Source: Hypanus sabinus (lineage: Eukaryota). Taken from it: a stretch of DNA of 64,000 bases. The notes below the pieces were generated by a model. That model had not been told where the DNA came from and ran no database searches. It saw nothing but the letters and a program-made list of their open reading frames with translations. Each line of letters begins with the position of its first letter. Within the stretch, counting starts at the first letter, position 1. A program made the translations under genes and the position numbers. Below, one piece after another: positions 36,680-50,500 of the stretch. The stretch covers positions 186,001 through 250,000 of the forward strand of contig NW_026780455.1 in NCBI RefSeq assembly GCF_030144855.1. Reading direction: 5' to 3'.

Positions 36680-38700
36680 GCAGTAACGTCTCAGGACTTC
36701 AGAGACTCCCACATTAGCTTCTGAAAACTCCAGTCTCACGGAGAAGGTCACAGCATTCGGATAATCAGCAGCAATGATGCCCCAAATCTCCACCGCACTG
36801 AATGGGGTCAAGCGCAAAAGCTTAAGATACTGACTGTAAATCGAACGGCATAGTAACGTGACCTACGAACCGGGGTCGAGTATGGCTTCAGCATAGATTC
36901 TGTAGCGATACACTGAGTGGGTCCCACTGATCCCTCCGGAATTGCTTTCGTGGTTTCATTGATAAATTTCTGGGAACGTGCTCCCACGGAGACCCCAGGC
37001 CGTTCACTCATTGGGTCTCCTCTACGTTCCCAGACACATCTCCCTGCTTGGATACCCAGGGACGCGCCCTCCGAGGGGCTTCCTGCCTCTCACATTCAAG
37101 CTGGGTGGTCCTCTTCCCCACAGTTATCGCACACACCAAGCCGCCCCTCCTCTCGCGGACACTCCGCAACCCGCAGAACTCAGCTTCGTCTGTCCCCTGA
37201 GGTGGAGTGATGTCTCTCCCTACCAGTCCTGTCAAACTGAGTGTCGACACCTACCCTGAACCCCAGCAACGTATCAGTTCTCAGCTATGCCAATACCCCC
37301 TTTATCGATTCTCGGGTGGAGCTGGGTCTGATGAATTCACCGCAAGGTTGAAAGTCCTCCCGCGGCCTCAACGCGTTCTCATCCCCCTCAACTCTCCGAT
37401 CAGCTGAACGAAAGATGGAGTAGGGCGTTTTATAGGAAAGCAGGAGTCTCCAAGCAATCCTGTCCTCAGCCTGGGAACCTCTAGTTCCCTGTCTATCCTT
37501 AACTGATCTACCTCAGATAACCGAATAACCCTACGGCGCCGCAGCCATTAAGACGCCTCTCTTGCCGTCAAAGCTACGCGAAGAGCCTCTGAAGCTTCTC
37601 CTGACGCTTGATTTGAAATTCCCCTAGGAGCTCACTGTCAAGCCAAAAACACTCTCCAATGCTTCCAAATACTCAGCGTTAGAGGCCGAGGGCTGGTTAT
37701 CCTTCACACCTCGAACTACCTCCGACGCCACTCCCGGCAAACGTCCAACCAATCTCTGTCGCTTTTCATCATCCGGGCACTGCCTCTCTCACTTAACAAC
37801 TGCGAAGTTTGTTCTACCCATTTCTCATAATCCTTTTCACCTTCGGGGCTGGGCTTTATCACACAAAAAAATTCTTATCTTCTGGAGGGGCCCCTTGCCT
37901 TTCTCGCCAGGGAGGTAATGGCAGATGCCAAGTCGAAACTCTCACCTTTCGCTGGGGGACGGGAAATAAACACGTTTTCCAAATCTGACCACACTTTCCT
38001 CTCCACCCTCAGTCACGAGAGAATTCGTTCCCTAAGATGTCCGGCCTCATCCTCTGGCAACCCAGATCGCTGACTTCCAACCCTTCCCTCCTGACAGGAA
38101 CTCTAACTCTTATTTTTTGGTTTGGTTTGGTGAAACAAATAAAACAAAGGCGCCGCTCAATAAGTTTATCAGTTTCGTGCAGAAAGTAATTCGTCGGATC
38201 TTACGACTTCCTCGTTCGTCCATAAATGACCTCCGAACCTCCGACAACACTGCGAACCGTCGAATCCAGGTATCCGCCGTCCTGCGATCGCCGAACGGTC
38301 CCGGTCTCGACCTTCCTTTTCACTCGCCTCGTCTCCTGTGCCCTGTGCCGTCGGTGTAAATTTTTCCGCTATGACGTGTCTATCATGTCTGCCTCCCGAA
38401 TGATCCGGAGCTCGTCCAGTTCCAGCTCCGCACGCTGAACGCGGAATGTCAGAAATTCCAGAAGAAGGCAGCTGTCGCATTTGTAATCATCAGGGTCACT
38501 GGTGATTTCCAGACCTTCCCAGATCCCGTAAGAGGAGCATTCATCTCTCCTGCCTGGCATCTCAGTTATCCCATCCGATCAGATATGAAGAATGGACGGA
38601 AAAGGAAATTCTTAGCCAAGTGCTTTTCCTTTATTTTGCCTCCTTTGACAGAAGCCTCCCTGAGCTGACTCCTCGGCGAACAGAAGCCTGAAGATCACCT
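36680..38700 (-). mobile_element. CR1 5' region/ORF1 remnant
   Basis: ECSSYGIWEGLEITSDPDDYKCDSCLLLEFLTFRVQRAELELDELRIIREAD (CR1 ORF1 zinc-finger/zipper N-terminus) and decayed esterase-like QGTDEAEFCG motif. Confidence 0.75.
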
Positions 38701-39429
38701 GCTTGACGGTCCATTCAGACGATGGCTTCTGCAGCTGACCCTGCCATCCTCCGGCTGATCAAACGTAAAAGCCACATGGACGCTGGTCGAAGCTGCTTTT
38801 CAATGTAAGGAACCGCTGTCGCTTTTTATACCCGGGCTGATTGAAGTGCTCTCTTCCTAAATCACCCGGCGTCGCATCTGGCCGCTGGTCAATTCTATTT
38901 ATCTGAAAAATTATGATATCGAAATTATTTAGCTCGGTTGTATTCATAATATACCTATGCAACTAGAATGTTAAGAACTATATATGCAATAATTATTTTA
39001 TCTGCTTATATGATCTTTATTGATTTTATTCATTTGCTGTGTGTACCTTCATTTACAGACTTGTTGTATGTCAGCGCCTGGCTGCGAGTCTCAATTTTGT
39101 GTCTGTTTACAGACTCAGCAGGCATCGATGTCAGCCATTTGCTGCGAATATGGGATATCCAGTCTGCGTATGTATTGTTTCGCTGAAGGACTGCAAATAA
39201 AGGGTTAAATGCACCTGTCACTCCGTAGAACTTAATTAAGTGAGTGTCCGTGGGGATTGTCGACGTCACGGCGGAGCTGCGGCTGCTCGTTACCTGTTCT
39301 ATTAATATGTATCCACTACCACGACAGTTTCAGTCAGTGCCGCTACTCTCTTCGATCAGAGACCAGCGGGATCTGGATGGAGAGAGGACGGAGGCTGAAT
39401 AGGGAACAGGTAGCTGGAGTATCCCAGCA

Positions 39430-39574
39430 ATGGATCATCATCTGCGAAATGCAGCGCTGAATGCTGCGGGAGTTGCGAAGTTGTATTCCTGGGAATTGGA
39501 CATTCGAATCATGCGAGCGCTAAGGAAATTACAACCGGTTTACTACCCTGTACTCGCAACAGTAGCTGTTCCTG
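39430..39574 (+). pseudogene. Orphan first exon of a GPR139-like GPCR with mutated splice donor
   Basis: MDHHLRNAALNAAGVAKLYSWELDIRIMRALRKLQPVYYPVLATVAVP aligns to exon 1 of the two receptors (12 codons shorter). Donor reads CCTG|TTAAGT versus CCTG|GTAAAT and CCTG|GTAAGT in the paralogues. About 500 bp of upstream sequence is homologous to 41900-42380. Confidence 0.8.
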
Positions 39575-39715
39575 TTAAGTGTATAGTCTCTTCCTCTTGC
39601 CTAACGTTGAAAAAATATAAGCCAGCTTCTCTTTCATACTTGTCCTCAAACGAAACGCTAATCGCTAGGCTTGGTCTCTCAAATGGGTATCGCTTCAGCA
39701 AATATCGGCTGAATG

Positions 39716-41410
39716 CATTTGATAAGGTGCTCCATGCAAAGGCTTATTGAGAAAATAAAGAGTCATGGGATGAAAGAGGACACTGCTTTGTGGATCTACA
39801 ACTGGCTTGCCCACAGAAGTGAAAGTGTGGTTGCAGACGGGTCGTACGGGCCTACCCATGTCTTGTACAATGTAAACTTTACATCCCAAATCCTGTACTC
39901 AATGCTCTGATTTATAAAGGCCAGCATACCAAAAGCATTATTCACCACTGTATCCACTTGCGATTCCACCTTCATGGAATTATGCACCATTATTCCTAGT
40001 TCACTCTGTTCTACTACATTCCTCCATGCCCTACCATTCACCATGTATGTCCTATTTTGGATTATTCCTACCAAAATGTAGCACCTCATACTTATCAGAT
40101 ATTAAACCCCATCAGTCATCGTTCAGCCCACTCTTCTAACTGGCCTAATTCTCTCTGAAAAATTTGAAAACCTACTTCATTATCCAGAATAACACCTACC
40201 TTAGTACCTCTGCAAACTTACTAATTCAATATACCACCCCATCATCCAGATCTTTAATGTATATGACAAACTCCATTGGTCCCAATACAGACACCTGAGG
40301 CACACCACTAGTCACCGGCTTTCAACCTGACAAACAATTATCCACCTCTGCACTCTGTCATCTCCCAACCAGCCACTGGTGAATCCATTTTACTACTTCA
40401 ATAATAATACCTAACGATTGAACCTTCCTAACTAACCATCTGTGCGGAACCTTGTCAATGGCCTACCTGAAGTCCAGATAGACAACATCCACTGCTGTAC
40501 CCTCGTCAATTTTCCTCATAACTTCTTAAAAACTTAATAAGATTTGTCAAACATGAACTTCCACGCACAAATCCATTCTGACTATTTCTAACCAGACCAT
40601 GTCTATGGAATTACTTATATATACCACCTCTAAGAATACTTTCCATCAATTTACCCACCACTGATGTCAAACTCACATGCCTATAATTGCTAGGTTTACA
40701 CTTAGAACCCATTTTAAACAATGGAGCCACATGAGCAGTACCCCTATCCTTCGGCACCATCCCCGTTTCCAATGACATTTGAAAAGTTTCTGTCACAGTC
40801 CCTGCTATTTCTACACCAAATTCAGGATCCGGAGATTTATCCATTTTCATATTCCTTAAAAGCGCCAGTACTTCCTCCTCTTTAATTGTCCTAGTTTCCA
40901 TAACTTCCCTACTTGTTTCCCTTACCTTACACAAGCCAAAATCCTTCTCCTTTGTGAATACCGAAGAAAATAATTTGTTCAAAATCTGCCCCATCTCTTT
41001 CGGCCCCACACACAGCTGTGCACTCTGATTCTCTAAGGGACAAATTGTATCACTCACTATCCTTTTGCTTTTAATATATCTATAGTAACCCTTCGGATTT
41101 ATCTTCACCTTACTTGCCAAAGCAATCTTGCATCTTCTTTCAAGTTTTCTACTTTATTTCTGAAGATGCTTTTTACATTCTTTATATTCCTCGAGCACAT
41201 CATTTACTCCATGCTGCCTTTATCTATTGTAGATCTCCCTCTTAATCCGAACCAAGTTTCCAATATCGCTTGAAATCCATGACGCTCTCAAACTTTTAAT
41301 CTTTTCTTTCAAACTACCAGGAACATAAAGTTTCTGTATCCTCAAAATTTCAACTTTAAGTGACTTCCATTTCTCTATTACATCCTTCCCATAAAACAAA
41401 TTTTCCCAAT
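39716..41410 (-). mobile_element. CR1 ORF2 fragment (short plus-strand piece 39716-39845, main piece minus) separating the two GPCR first-exon copies
   Basis: KINPKGYYRYIKSKR...SNYRHVSLTSVVGKLMESIL; AFGMLAFINQSIEYRIWDV on the minus strand. Confidence 0.88.
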
Positions 41411-41767
41411 TTGACTGATAATTAGATTAGGCATTATTATTTTTTCTTCCTCCTTAATAATCCTTTAGTTTAGATTAGATCCTTAAATATAATTTCTTGA
41501 ATTGTATACTGTGTTTTATTTCACGACACGAGTTTGTACCAGGGTTGCAAATTACACAGCAGCAAAACCAACCGGGATTTGGTTTGGAATCGAGCTATCT
41601 CAATCTCACCATGCACATTCCAACATTCTACTTCACTGCCACCTCTTTGCCTATTCTCCTAAACTTACTGTCTGTTTGCAGGCTCTCTGTTTCCTTAACA
41701 CGCTCCTCCAACTATCTTTCTATCATCGGCTAATTTAGCCACAAATGCGTTAATACCGTAGACCAAA

Positions 41768-44700
41768 TTGTTGACATTCATCTCAAGCAGGCGGCTATCC
41801 CAACTCTGCGCCCTGTGGAACTCCACTGTTAACCGGCAGCCAGCCAGAACTGGATTATTTTGGAATTATCTACCTCGATATCTTTTTCAATCTAACTGAA
41901 ATATTATTTTAAGAACAATCTATGCAATAATTATTTTAATATGTATTTCTCATCGTTATTCCTTATTTATTTTATTTGCCCTGTATATCTTCATTTCCAC
42001 ACTGGTTGCATATCAGTTTCACGCCGCATGTCAATACGTTTCCCGATTTTGTGTCCGTTTACAGACACAGCCGTGGACAGCCGGCTGCAGGGATAATTAG
42101 ATATATTTCCAATCTGCTTCTGTATCTCTTCGCTGACAGTCTGGAAATAAAGTGTTAACTGCACCTGTCATTCCGTACAACCAAATTAAAGATGTATCCG
42201 TGGGGATTGTCGACGTCACTGTGGAGGTGTGGCTGCTGGCTACCTGTTCTATTAATATGTCTCGCTCACAACGGCAGTTTCAGTGAACCCGCCAGTCTAC
42301 GCTATCGGAGTTCAGCGGGCTCCAGATAGAGAGAGGACAGAGGCTGAATCGGGAACAGGAACCTGGACTATCCCAGCAGTGAATCATAATCTGCGAAATA
42401 TATCACGGAATGATGCGGGAATTTCGAAGAATATTTTCTGCGCCAATGATTATCTTTCTTTAAATTATGAAAAGCTGTCTTTGGATTTACGTATCACTTA
42501 TGCACTTGTGACCATCCAACCGATTTACTACCCAGTCCTCGGCTTTGTAGCTGTTCCTGGTAAATGCTTGGCCCCTTCCTCGTGATTAACATTGAAGAGG
42601 AAAAATCAGCTTCTCTTTAATGCCTGTCGTCTCATTGCATGGCCCCTCTCTCAAACCGGTACCGCTATAGCAAACATCGGCTGATTGCATTACAGGCGTT
42701 CCCTCTCCAGCATTGAGGTTGTCGGCGTCCGGGTTACTTCTCTGTCAGGCAAACGTTATATTTGCCTCTTCGCCTCCCAAACACTGCCACAAAGTGACCT
42801 CACATGCACATCCACTCCCAGAGACGCAAGTCCGAGCTCTCACAAGCCTCTCCTCACAATGAGTGCCTTCCAATCTCGGCAGGATTCGGGCAAATTACAT
42901 CAGCACCCTTTGAGAAGCATACACATGCTTCCGGTGATTTATGTTCCACAGTCCATTTGGGACATGGGAAGATAATTCAGCTATCTCGAAGCTTGCTGGA
43001 GGGGACTGCATCGCTGGAATGAACTAATTAATTAATTAATGATGAATGAATGAATAAATTAATGAATTAATATATAAGTAAATACCTCAAATTCCCAGCT
43101 GCGAAAAAGAAGGAGGTCACGTGGCCATCATTACTGCCACGATCTTCCGCCTGCACAAGTAGTGCAGTGGAATTTGGGAGCCGACAGAAGGATGTCGATT
43201 GTTTCAGAGGAAATGTTCGCGTCAAGGCGGACAAGAGACAATGTTGCTAATGGCACGGTCATCTACCTGGGAAGGACCAATGGAAGAACAGAATATTATT
43301 AAGTAGTAAACGATTCCCGTATGCTGCCGTGTGGAGGGACTTTAGAATGTTTGTTCTTCAATCACAAAAGATTAGTTTGCAGCAGCGGCGGGCTAACAAT
43401 AGGTAAACGGGATATTGGTCTTCATTGCAACAGTGTGAATTTAAGAGTAAGTAGATTATGCTTCAACCGCACAAGTCACTGGTGAGGAGGTCGGTGACGT
43501 ACGGCGTGCGTGTCTGGTCTCCTGACTGGAGGAGGGATTTACTGGCGTTGCATCGGTTCTCCATTTTGATTCCAGAGATGAGGTGGCGAGGCTGTGAGAC
43601 GAGTCAGAGTTGCGTGGGACGGTACACACTGGAATTCAGAAGCATCAGAGACGATCTTTTGGCAAGATATAAAATTACGAGAGAGACAGAGAAGACGGGG
43701 CAGAAAGCTGTTTCCAGGGGAAGCTGAGACTGGAACTAGAGGACCTACGCAGACGCTTCTGAAGAGTGAATTTAAGACGTAGATGGTGAACAACTGCATT
43801 TACCAGAGGCTGGTGAACCTGTCGAACTATCTGCCAGTGCAACAGTGGATAAATTATTGCATAATGGGGGTATTACAGGATTTGCTGGAAAAGGCCGCGG
43901 ATGGATGTATGTCACAGGGCTCGGGAGCTGACTTCGGCCATTCGAGCACCGAGCCCTATCTGCCATTCCATCATATTAACACTCTCAACTACATTCTGGC
44001 GCCCACTCCCCATGTCAATTGACGCTTCCACGAATCAAGAGACTATCACTCTCTGCAGCAATGGTTCCAATGTACTGACCCCATAGCAGTCTGTCGCGTG
44101 TAATTCCACAAATTCACTAGACTCGATCGGAAGGAAGTTCTATTCTAAAGTGATATTTTCACCTCTATTATACCTCTATTTCACCTCTATAATATTTATT
44201 TATCTCTATTCTAAAGTGATATCTTTATATCGTGAAAACTCGTCTTCTATTTTTAGACTGTCCCACTACAGAAACTACCCTCTGAACGTCAACGATATCG
44301 CGGACTTTCAATATTTGTAATGTTACAATGAGATTCCCTTCATGCTCCTGAGCTTCAACAGGCACATTATAATTACTAACGATTTAATAATGTCTCCCGA
44401 TATTCTCTTTAGTAGATAATTTAACTCCATGTTCATCTCCACACTCGGAGGTCCAGTCGATTGAAATAATTGTTTTCAGAGAATTCTGCGAACCAAATGT
44501 GTATTGATCGTATTTATTTCCCTCCACACAGTGAACGTGGTGACAGTCTTAATCCTGTCGCGGGGAAGGTGCGGTCTCTCCAAAGGCGTCACAAGGTACC
44601 TGCTGGCCATGGTAGCAGCGGATCAGCTCGTCATTCTCTTCGATCTGCTATTGAGCAAGATTCCGGGGACCTACATGGCATTTGAGGTTTTCAGCTGGTC

Positions 44701-47540
44701 GATACGTGTTCCGGTGTGTAACATCCACGCCGTCATGTTCTACGCCGCCACGGACTGTTCTGTCTGGTTCACCGTCACTTTCACTTTTGATCGGTTTGTC
44801 GCCATTTGTCTTCAGAAGCTGAAACTAAAATACTGCACTGGGAGAGCGGCGGTTCTGGTTCTGGGGACAGTGACTCTGCTGAGCTGCGGAAAGAACATTT
44901 TCTGGTACTTTTTGCTCAAAGGGACATATTCGGTGTTCGCGGTCTCCGTGCTCTGTATGCGTTCTTTTCGTTTTCCCCTATCTCAGGAATCAGCGTTTCT
45001 GCTGATTCATTTCTTCCTCACCCCAGTATTCCCCTTTCTTTTGATTCTCCTGTTAAACACTTTAACCATCAGGCACGTCTTAGTGGCCAGCCGAGCCCGG
45101 AGGAGACTTCGTGGTTCGCGCGAAGGCATGAGGCCCGCCGACCCGCAGATGAAGAACCGCAGGCAATCGCTCCTGTTACTGCTGGTGATGTCGGGGAATT
45201 TCATCCTGCTGTGGGCGCTGCTGACGGTGTTTTCGGTATGGGAGATCGTGGATTTTTATGTTCAACATTCTCCTCCGTATAGTCTGCGGAATTTGGGCTA
45301 CATGCTTCAACTGCTGAGCTGCTGCACCAACACCGCTCTTTACGCCGTGGCCCAGACCAGGTTCAGGCTGCAGATCAAGGAGACGGTGAAATCCCCCTTC
45401 TGTCTAATGGCAAAGATATCCCGACGTTGTCAGGAGAGCATTGATCTTTAGTGACGCCCCAAAATCTCCCATTACGTCAGTAGCATGTGGAGTTCCATTG
45501 GTGGTTGTCGACGTCTCTGAGTAGCTCCCGTCCTCCACCCCTCCATGCATTAACATGATAAGGAGAATCCCCAGTTTACCTCCACCCTGCTCCTTCCAGT
45601 TTACTTTCTTCACTGTTTCCCTGTGTCTCCGTAAGTTCAAAATGGAGATTCTACACTTAATTGCATGCGATGCCTTGACATCATCATCGCAATACGATGG
45701 TGGTGCCCTGCCTGTATACTGTGCGGCCCTAATGCCTGCTCAGTTCCGCCCGATGTAGATCGACCTCTTTCCTCTGGCGAGGTCTATTGATTCCAAGAGC
45801 CCCGTGCCTTCGAGCCCTTCAGGAAGACTATTTAACCGTGGACAGGCTCATGTCCCCGCTTGCAGCAGGGTTCTTTGGAGATCTGTCGTGCGTCCCTGGC
45901 AGCAATCCACATCACAAACCTCTGGGAAATTAAAGAAATTCTTGGGCACTTTCTGGAGTAGTGGTCCTAGCTGTCAGATCGGATTGAGTACCTTCAGTAT
46001 GTGGGGAAGTTGATTGCGGAGGAAATGGCACATGATGTATGTTTATTTATTGATTGATTATCTCGAAGCTTCGCCTTTCTCCTTCTCCGGGTTGAATATC
46101 CGATGTTCTACTCATTTTCCGCCGCTGCCTGTAAAGCGTGACCGCCTGGGTGTCCTCAGCGTACTCCTGATTCTTCCCACAGAACAAACACCTATGTGTT
46201 CATATGTATATTGATCATTGTAAATTGTCCCATTAGTATGGACAGTTGAACAATGAAACATTTGGGATTTGACTGGAAGTAAGACTTTTGAGAAGGACTC
46301 GTTTCCGGTGGGCTGAGCATGAGCCAGTTGCATTGGATAACATTGCTTTTAAGTAGAGTCCAGAGGGAAGTGCTTGAATGCAGCCATTCTACTTGACACA
46401 ATTGTTGGAAATGTTCTGGCATTTCACTTGGATGAAAGTCGGCGGGACTCATAAATACTCTTGCAGACGTCACAAAGGTGATAGAGTTGTCGATGTTGAG
46501 GGAGCCTGGTGATAGTCCCAGTTAGAAATGTGGCAGGAAAAATTGAAACTTTGTCATAGTAATACGACAGTTCGGTCTCGAAGGATAGAGAAATTCGAGA
46601 ATAGGATTTTTTAAAGAATATAGAGAAAATGGAGAAAGCAAAAGATGCTTCACTCACCTGCAAGAATAAAAAAAACCGTAGATATGTCTGCCGCAAGCAG
46701 ATGGCAGACTGTGACGCAGTGATTTTGTGTTGGAAGCCAGGGATCGCATTTTAATCACAACTGATCAGGAACAGCCCATAGTTAATGTCCGACAGTGAGT
46801 CCTTCTGGGGGTTTGTGGATATATAGAACTGAATCGGATGTCTGAAAGAGGCTGATTAATAATCTTGCAGATGACACAAAAAAACATCTATTTACAAATA
46901 TACACAAAGTGCGGGACAGTTTTCATGCGGCAGCTTACAGTTCACTCTAAAGAGCAAGACGTTTACACAGAGAGTAATGGGTACATGGGATGCACTTCAT
47001 GTTGTGGTGTTCGACGCACAAGGATAAGTGACTTTTAAGAGAATCCGAGAGAGACACGTATCTATGAGCAAAATGGAAAGATATGCTCATTTGAGCAGAA
47101 AATATTAGTTAGCGATTTTAGAAGCATTAAATCTACAGCACATCACAGGAAACTTCGGACCACAATTGCTGTGCGGAGTATTTACTTACTTTCTTAATTA
47201 CTTAGTCTTACCGATAGGCCTCTATTTTTTAAGCTCCATCTGCCTGTCCAGCAGTCTCTTAAAAGACCCTATCGTATCTGTCTTCACCACCGTCACCAGC
47301 AGCCCATTCCAGCCCAACCTCTGTGTGGAAAACGTAACCTGACGTCTCCTCTGTACCTCCTTCCAGCAGCTTAAAGCAGTGCGCTCCATTATAGACATTT
47401 CAACCCGGATAAAGCCACTGTCTATCCATATTATCAATGCCTCTCATCGTCTTATACAGCTCTATAATGTCAAATCTCACCCTCCTTAGCTCGAGGAGAA
47501 AAGCTCTAATCTCGTTCTACATGTTTAGGCACATCCTGAG
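41768..47540 (+). repeat. Left arm of inverted segmental duplication (contains receptor A)
   Basis: Colinear reverse-complement similarity with 56740-64000 through promoter, exons, intron repeats and 3' flank (e.g. 41768ff vs window end; 47370-47535 vs 56745-56920). Confidence 0.9.
42379..45451 (+). CDS. Class A GPCR, GPR139/GPR142-like ('receptor A'); join(42379..42559,44532..45451), 366 aa; start codon is GTG where paralogues have ATG
   Basis: Exon 1 ends IYYPVLGFVAVP with GT donor (phase 1). Exon 2 begins after cctccacacAG and is a long open 7TM frame: VNVVTVLILSRGRCGLSKGVTRYLLAMVAAD, TM3 TFTFDRFVAIC, TM7 LLSCCTNTALY. No in-frame ATG in exon 1 (upstream TAA at 42253). Confidence 0.85.
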
Positions 47541-50500
47541 GAATTACTGCACAACCAGTTCCGGGAGTTCAGGGTGAAATTAAAAGACAGGACCTCCAGC
47601 ATTTGCTGCCCATGGTACGTGTTTATGAGGCCACAACCAGGAAGAATATACAGATCGACAAGTTCTCAGACTCTGCTTTTATATCCCCGTCGTTTGGAAA
47701 TGGATGCTAATGTATGGTTCTTAGTAATATTCATTGTAATATCAAATGTTAAGGCTAATAAAATGGCTTCCCTGTAGTGTTGTAATCAAGCGTCTTCGCT
47801 GTAATATTATCTGATGAGGTAATGGGTTTATGTAGCTGCGATGTTCGTTTTATAACTGCAGATAACGGGGAACTAACCAGTGAGGGACCTGTCATGATAT
47901 CTTGTCTGGGGCGAACCGAGAGAGAGAGTTCGCGGTCTTTTCGGCGAGGCGAGTGAAGAGGAAGGACGATGTGCGGGAGCGTTCGGCGATCCCAGGACGG
48001 TGGATACCGGAATTCGACAGTTCAGAGGTTGTCGGAGGTTCAGAGGTCATTCATCGGCGAACGTGGGAGGGGTGAGCCTTTGATTTATTTGTTTCTACTA
48101 ACCACACCAACAAATAAGAGTTTTTATGTGTAATCATTGTGTAGTCTCTGATATTTTATGTTGTGGACTTGCGCCGGAAGTGCAATTACACAGCTTCAAC
48201 TCAACATGAGTACACAGTTTGGCATGGACTAATGTAGTTTCCCCAAGATGAACGTCGGTTGAGAGAGCCGAGTGTTCCACTGACATTGCATTTGTCTTCC
48301 TCAACATTCTGCAAATTGTCCTGTAGGAAATCTTGCCAAAAGGCTCTGCACCTCTGCTTGTTCTAATGTTCTCCTCATTGTTAAAATAGTCCCGGCCTCG
48401 ACAGAGAGAATACAGTTTTTTTCATGGCGAAGGAGTTGTCTTTTAATATACCAGTCCTCTGAAAATAAATTGGAACATGCATTTGTCATCCTCACCACAG
48501 ACTCTGTCTGCAGATAGTCATGTGGCTCGGCAACTCTGATTTTTTTTAATTCATTTCTTCATTTTTCCCCCATTTTTGAAATAATCCACGCCTATAATCC
48601 TTGCGCCAACGTGAAGTACTAGGCACTTCCCTGCTTTACATTCCTGCTGCCAATTATTTCGTGACTGTCCAGCCTGTCTTACTCCTTCTGCCAGAACCGT
48701 ACATCCACAACTCTATCTGTCCTTCCATCGAATTTCGCATGATCCCTAACCCCTGCCATTAAGCAAAGAAAACATAATCTTTCACCCGAATTATTGACGC
48801 AAAACGCGATAAGAAGCGGTCCCAACACCGATTGCTACGGAACTCCACTGATCACCGGGAGTCCAATCAGAAAGTGATTTTCGCAGCAATGTTTACGGAC
48901 ATCTCCGGAAGGCCATAATAATAAGCACCAACAAGACAGTCTGAATGTTCCGAGCAGATGAGAGATGAGCGTGATTGGTCGTGTCCGGACATGAGGTTTC
49001 ACCAGATGCTGAGAAACAGAAAGAACGCAGTAACTTACTTTAAATACAAGAATCAGATTCTGACAAATTATCTGACGACCGATCAGTGATTACAGAGAGG
49101 TGAAAACATCATAACCGTCCGGATAAAAACAACACAGGTTAGACAAATAACATCAAATTATACAATAGATAAAGCCATTACGAACTCAGATAACATACAG
49201 AAATCCATGCTTGGAATACACCAACATATGCTGAATTAAAAGAGGAAAGTGACAGTGAATGGCACATGAACAGGGTTAATATTTTCCCAAAAGTAATATT
49301 TACAACGACTATCCTCCCAGTCATTACAGAATGGCATTAGAAAATAGCCATAGAGACGAAATATGTTTGTAAATCTCCAGAACGCTAAAACACTAAAAAT
49401 CGACTGAATACTCCAAGTTCCGAGTCATTTTGCAATAAGGGTATTTGGTTCAGGTTGTTTCATTGTAGGGGTGAGTGAAGCTAGACATTCCTCTTCATGA
49501 ACCTGATGTTTGTGATGTCACAACTGCTCCTGAACCTAAATTCAGCATGTGAATTACTGTGATATCCTGGTGCTGCTGGAAATTATTTTCCGCTAATCTA
49601 TTTAATACTGTTTTCCTATTACTCTGTTGTTTTTAATCTAACGCTGTGTTTCATTGTCCTGAGAGGAAGCAAAGCAGAGGTTCATTGTACATATGTATAA
49701 TGACAAAAAAATTCACTCAATTCAATTCAATGAAATCCCCGTTCAAAAGAAAAAAAAAGAGCAGGCCAAAAATTCAGCAACGTCCCGCTAAGCTGCACCC
49801 TTACTACATTGAGTCCTGAAAGGACAGGTAAATTAGCCAGGAACCCTTTAACTCTCCCCAGTACTTAAAACCATCCTGTTCTTTCATAACCAGTGGCTAA
49901 TCATTGACCGCTGTTCATCACAATGCAGATACTTCTTCCTCGTAATTGGCAATCGGTTCAACAGTGTCGAGACTCTGTGNNNNNNNNNNNNNNNNNNNNN
50001 NNNNNNNNNNNNNNNNNNNNNNNNNNNNNNNNNNNNNNNNNNNNNNNNNNNNNNNNNNNNNNNNNNNNNNNNNNNNNNNNNNNNNNNNNNNNNNNNNNNN
50101 NNNNNNNNNNNNNNNNNNNNNNNNNNNNNNNNNNNNNNNNNNNNNNNNNNNNNNNNNNNNNNNNNNNNNNNNNNNNNNNNNNNNNNNNNNNNNNNNNNNN
50201 NNNNNNNNNNNNNNNNNNNNNNNNNNNNNNNNNNNNNNNNNNNNNNNNNNNNNNNNNNNNNNNNNNNNNNNNNNNNNNNNNNNNNNNNNNNNNNNNNNNN
50301 NNNNNNNNAGCTAGGATATCACGTTATCTAAAGATATTATTCACTGAAAATCAGAAAATAAATCTAAATCCTGGGCTATACTGATACACAGAATATAACC
50401 GCTGAAATCGATTGAGATCGGTCTGCATGTCTTTCTGTTTGAAGCAGAGGTTGGAAGGACCTTATGTTACAGCAAAGGTTGATCACGCCCTTGATTGCAG

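Noticed and set aside
44806-45282. Overlapping ORFs conserved in both GPCR copies (44806-45282, 60257-60715, 45007-45204, 60317-60514)
   Set aside because: Alternative-frame or antisense shadows of a recently duplicated coding exon; their conservation is explained by the duplication.
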